Virus record (IMG/VR): IMGVR_UViG_3300030329_003231 | Source: an uncultured virus (IMG/VR IMGVR_UViG_3300030329_003231) | Lineage: Duplodnaviria; Heunggongvirae; Uroviricota; Caudoviricetes | Length of the DNA stretch: 58,816 nucleotides | Reading direction: 5' to 3' (one strand) | Shown here: in pieces, positions 58,815 through 58,816 of the stretch | Layout: each line of letters opens with the position of its first letter | How positions within the stretch are numbered: the stretch's first letter is position 1 | The notes under the pieces: generated by a model | Database searches by the model: none | What the model saw: the letters and a program-made list of their open reading frames with translations, nothing else | Told to the model about the DNA's origin: nothing | Position numbers and translations under genes: made by a program

Positions 58815-58816
58815 AG

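Overview
A 58.8-kb, AT-rich segment of a T4-like cyanomyovirus genome, probably infecting Prochlorococcus (pebS and picocyanobacterial-type host genes). Essentially all genes are on the minus strand. It spans the T4 core replication block (gp3, uvsY, uvsW, gp55, gp47, gp46, cobS plus vWA partner, gp45, gp44, gp62, regA, hsp20, gp43, uvsX, gp41, mazG, gp61, nrdA, nrdB). Auxiliary genes are interleaved: def, pebS, desC, two psbN-like genes missed by the ORF track, ndhI, talC, rmlB, gmd, fcl-like, colD-like, three sulfotransferases and three 2OG-Fe(II) oxygenases. Most notable: (1) a full-length glycogen phosphorylase coupled to a HAD phosphohexomutase directly after nrdAB; (2) late-expressed proteins that look like capsid-targeted, protease-processed polyproteins or internal proteins; (3) a tRNA-Thr with a rare A34 (AGT) anticodon that overlaps a stop codon; (4) a GDP-3,6-dideoxyhexose pathway whose Fcl/ColC homolog lacks the catalytic Cys; (5) a manA-like structured RNA with its own promoter. 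All family assignments come from motif recognition by eye; no database searches were run.
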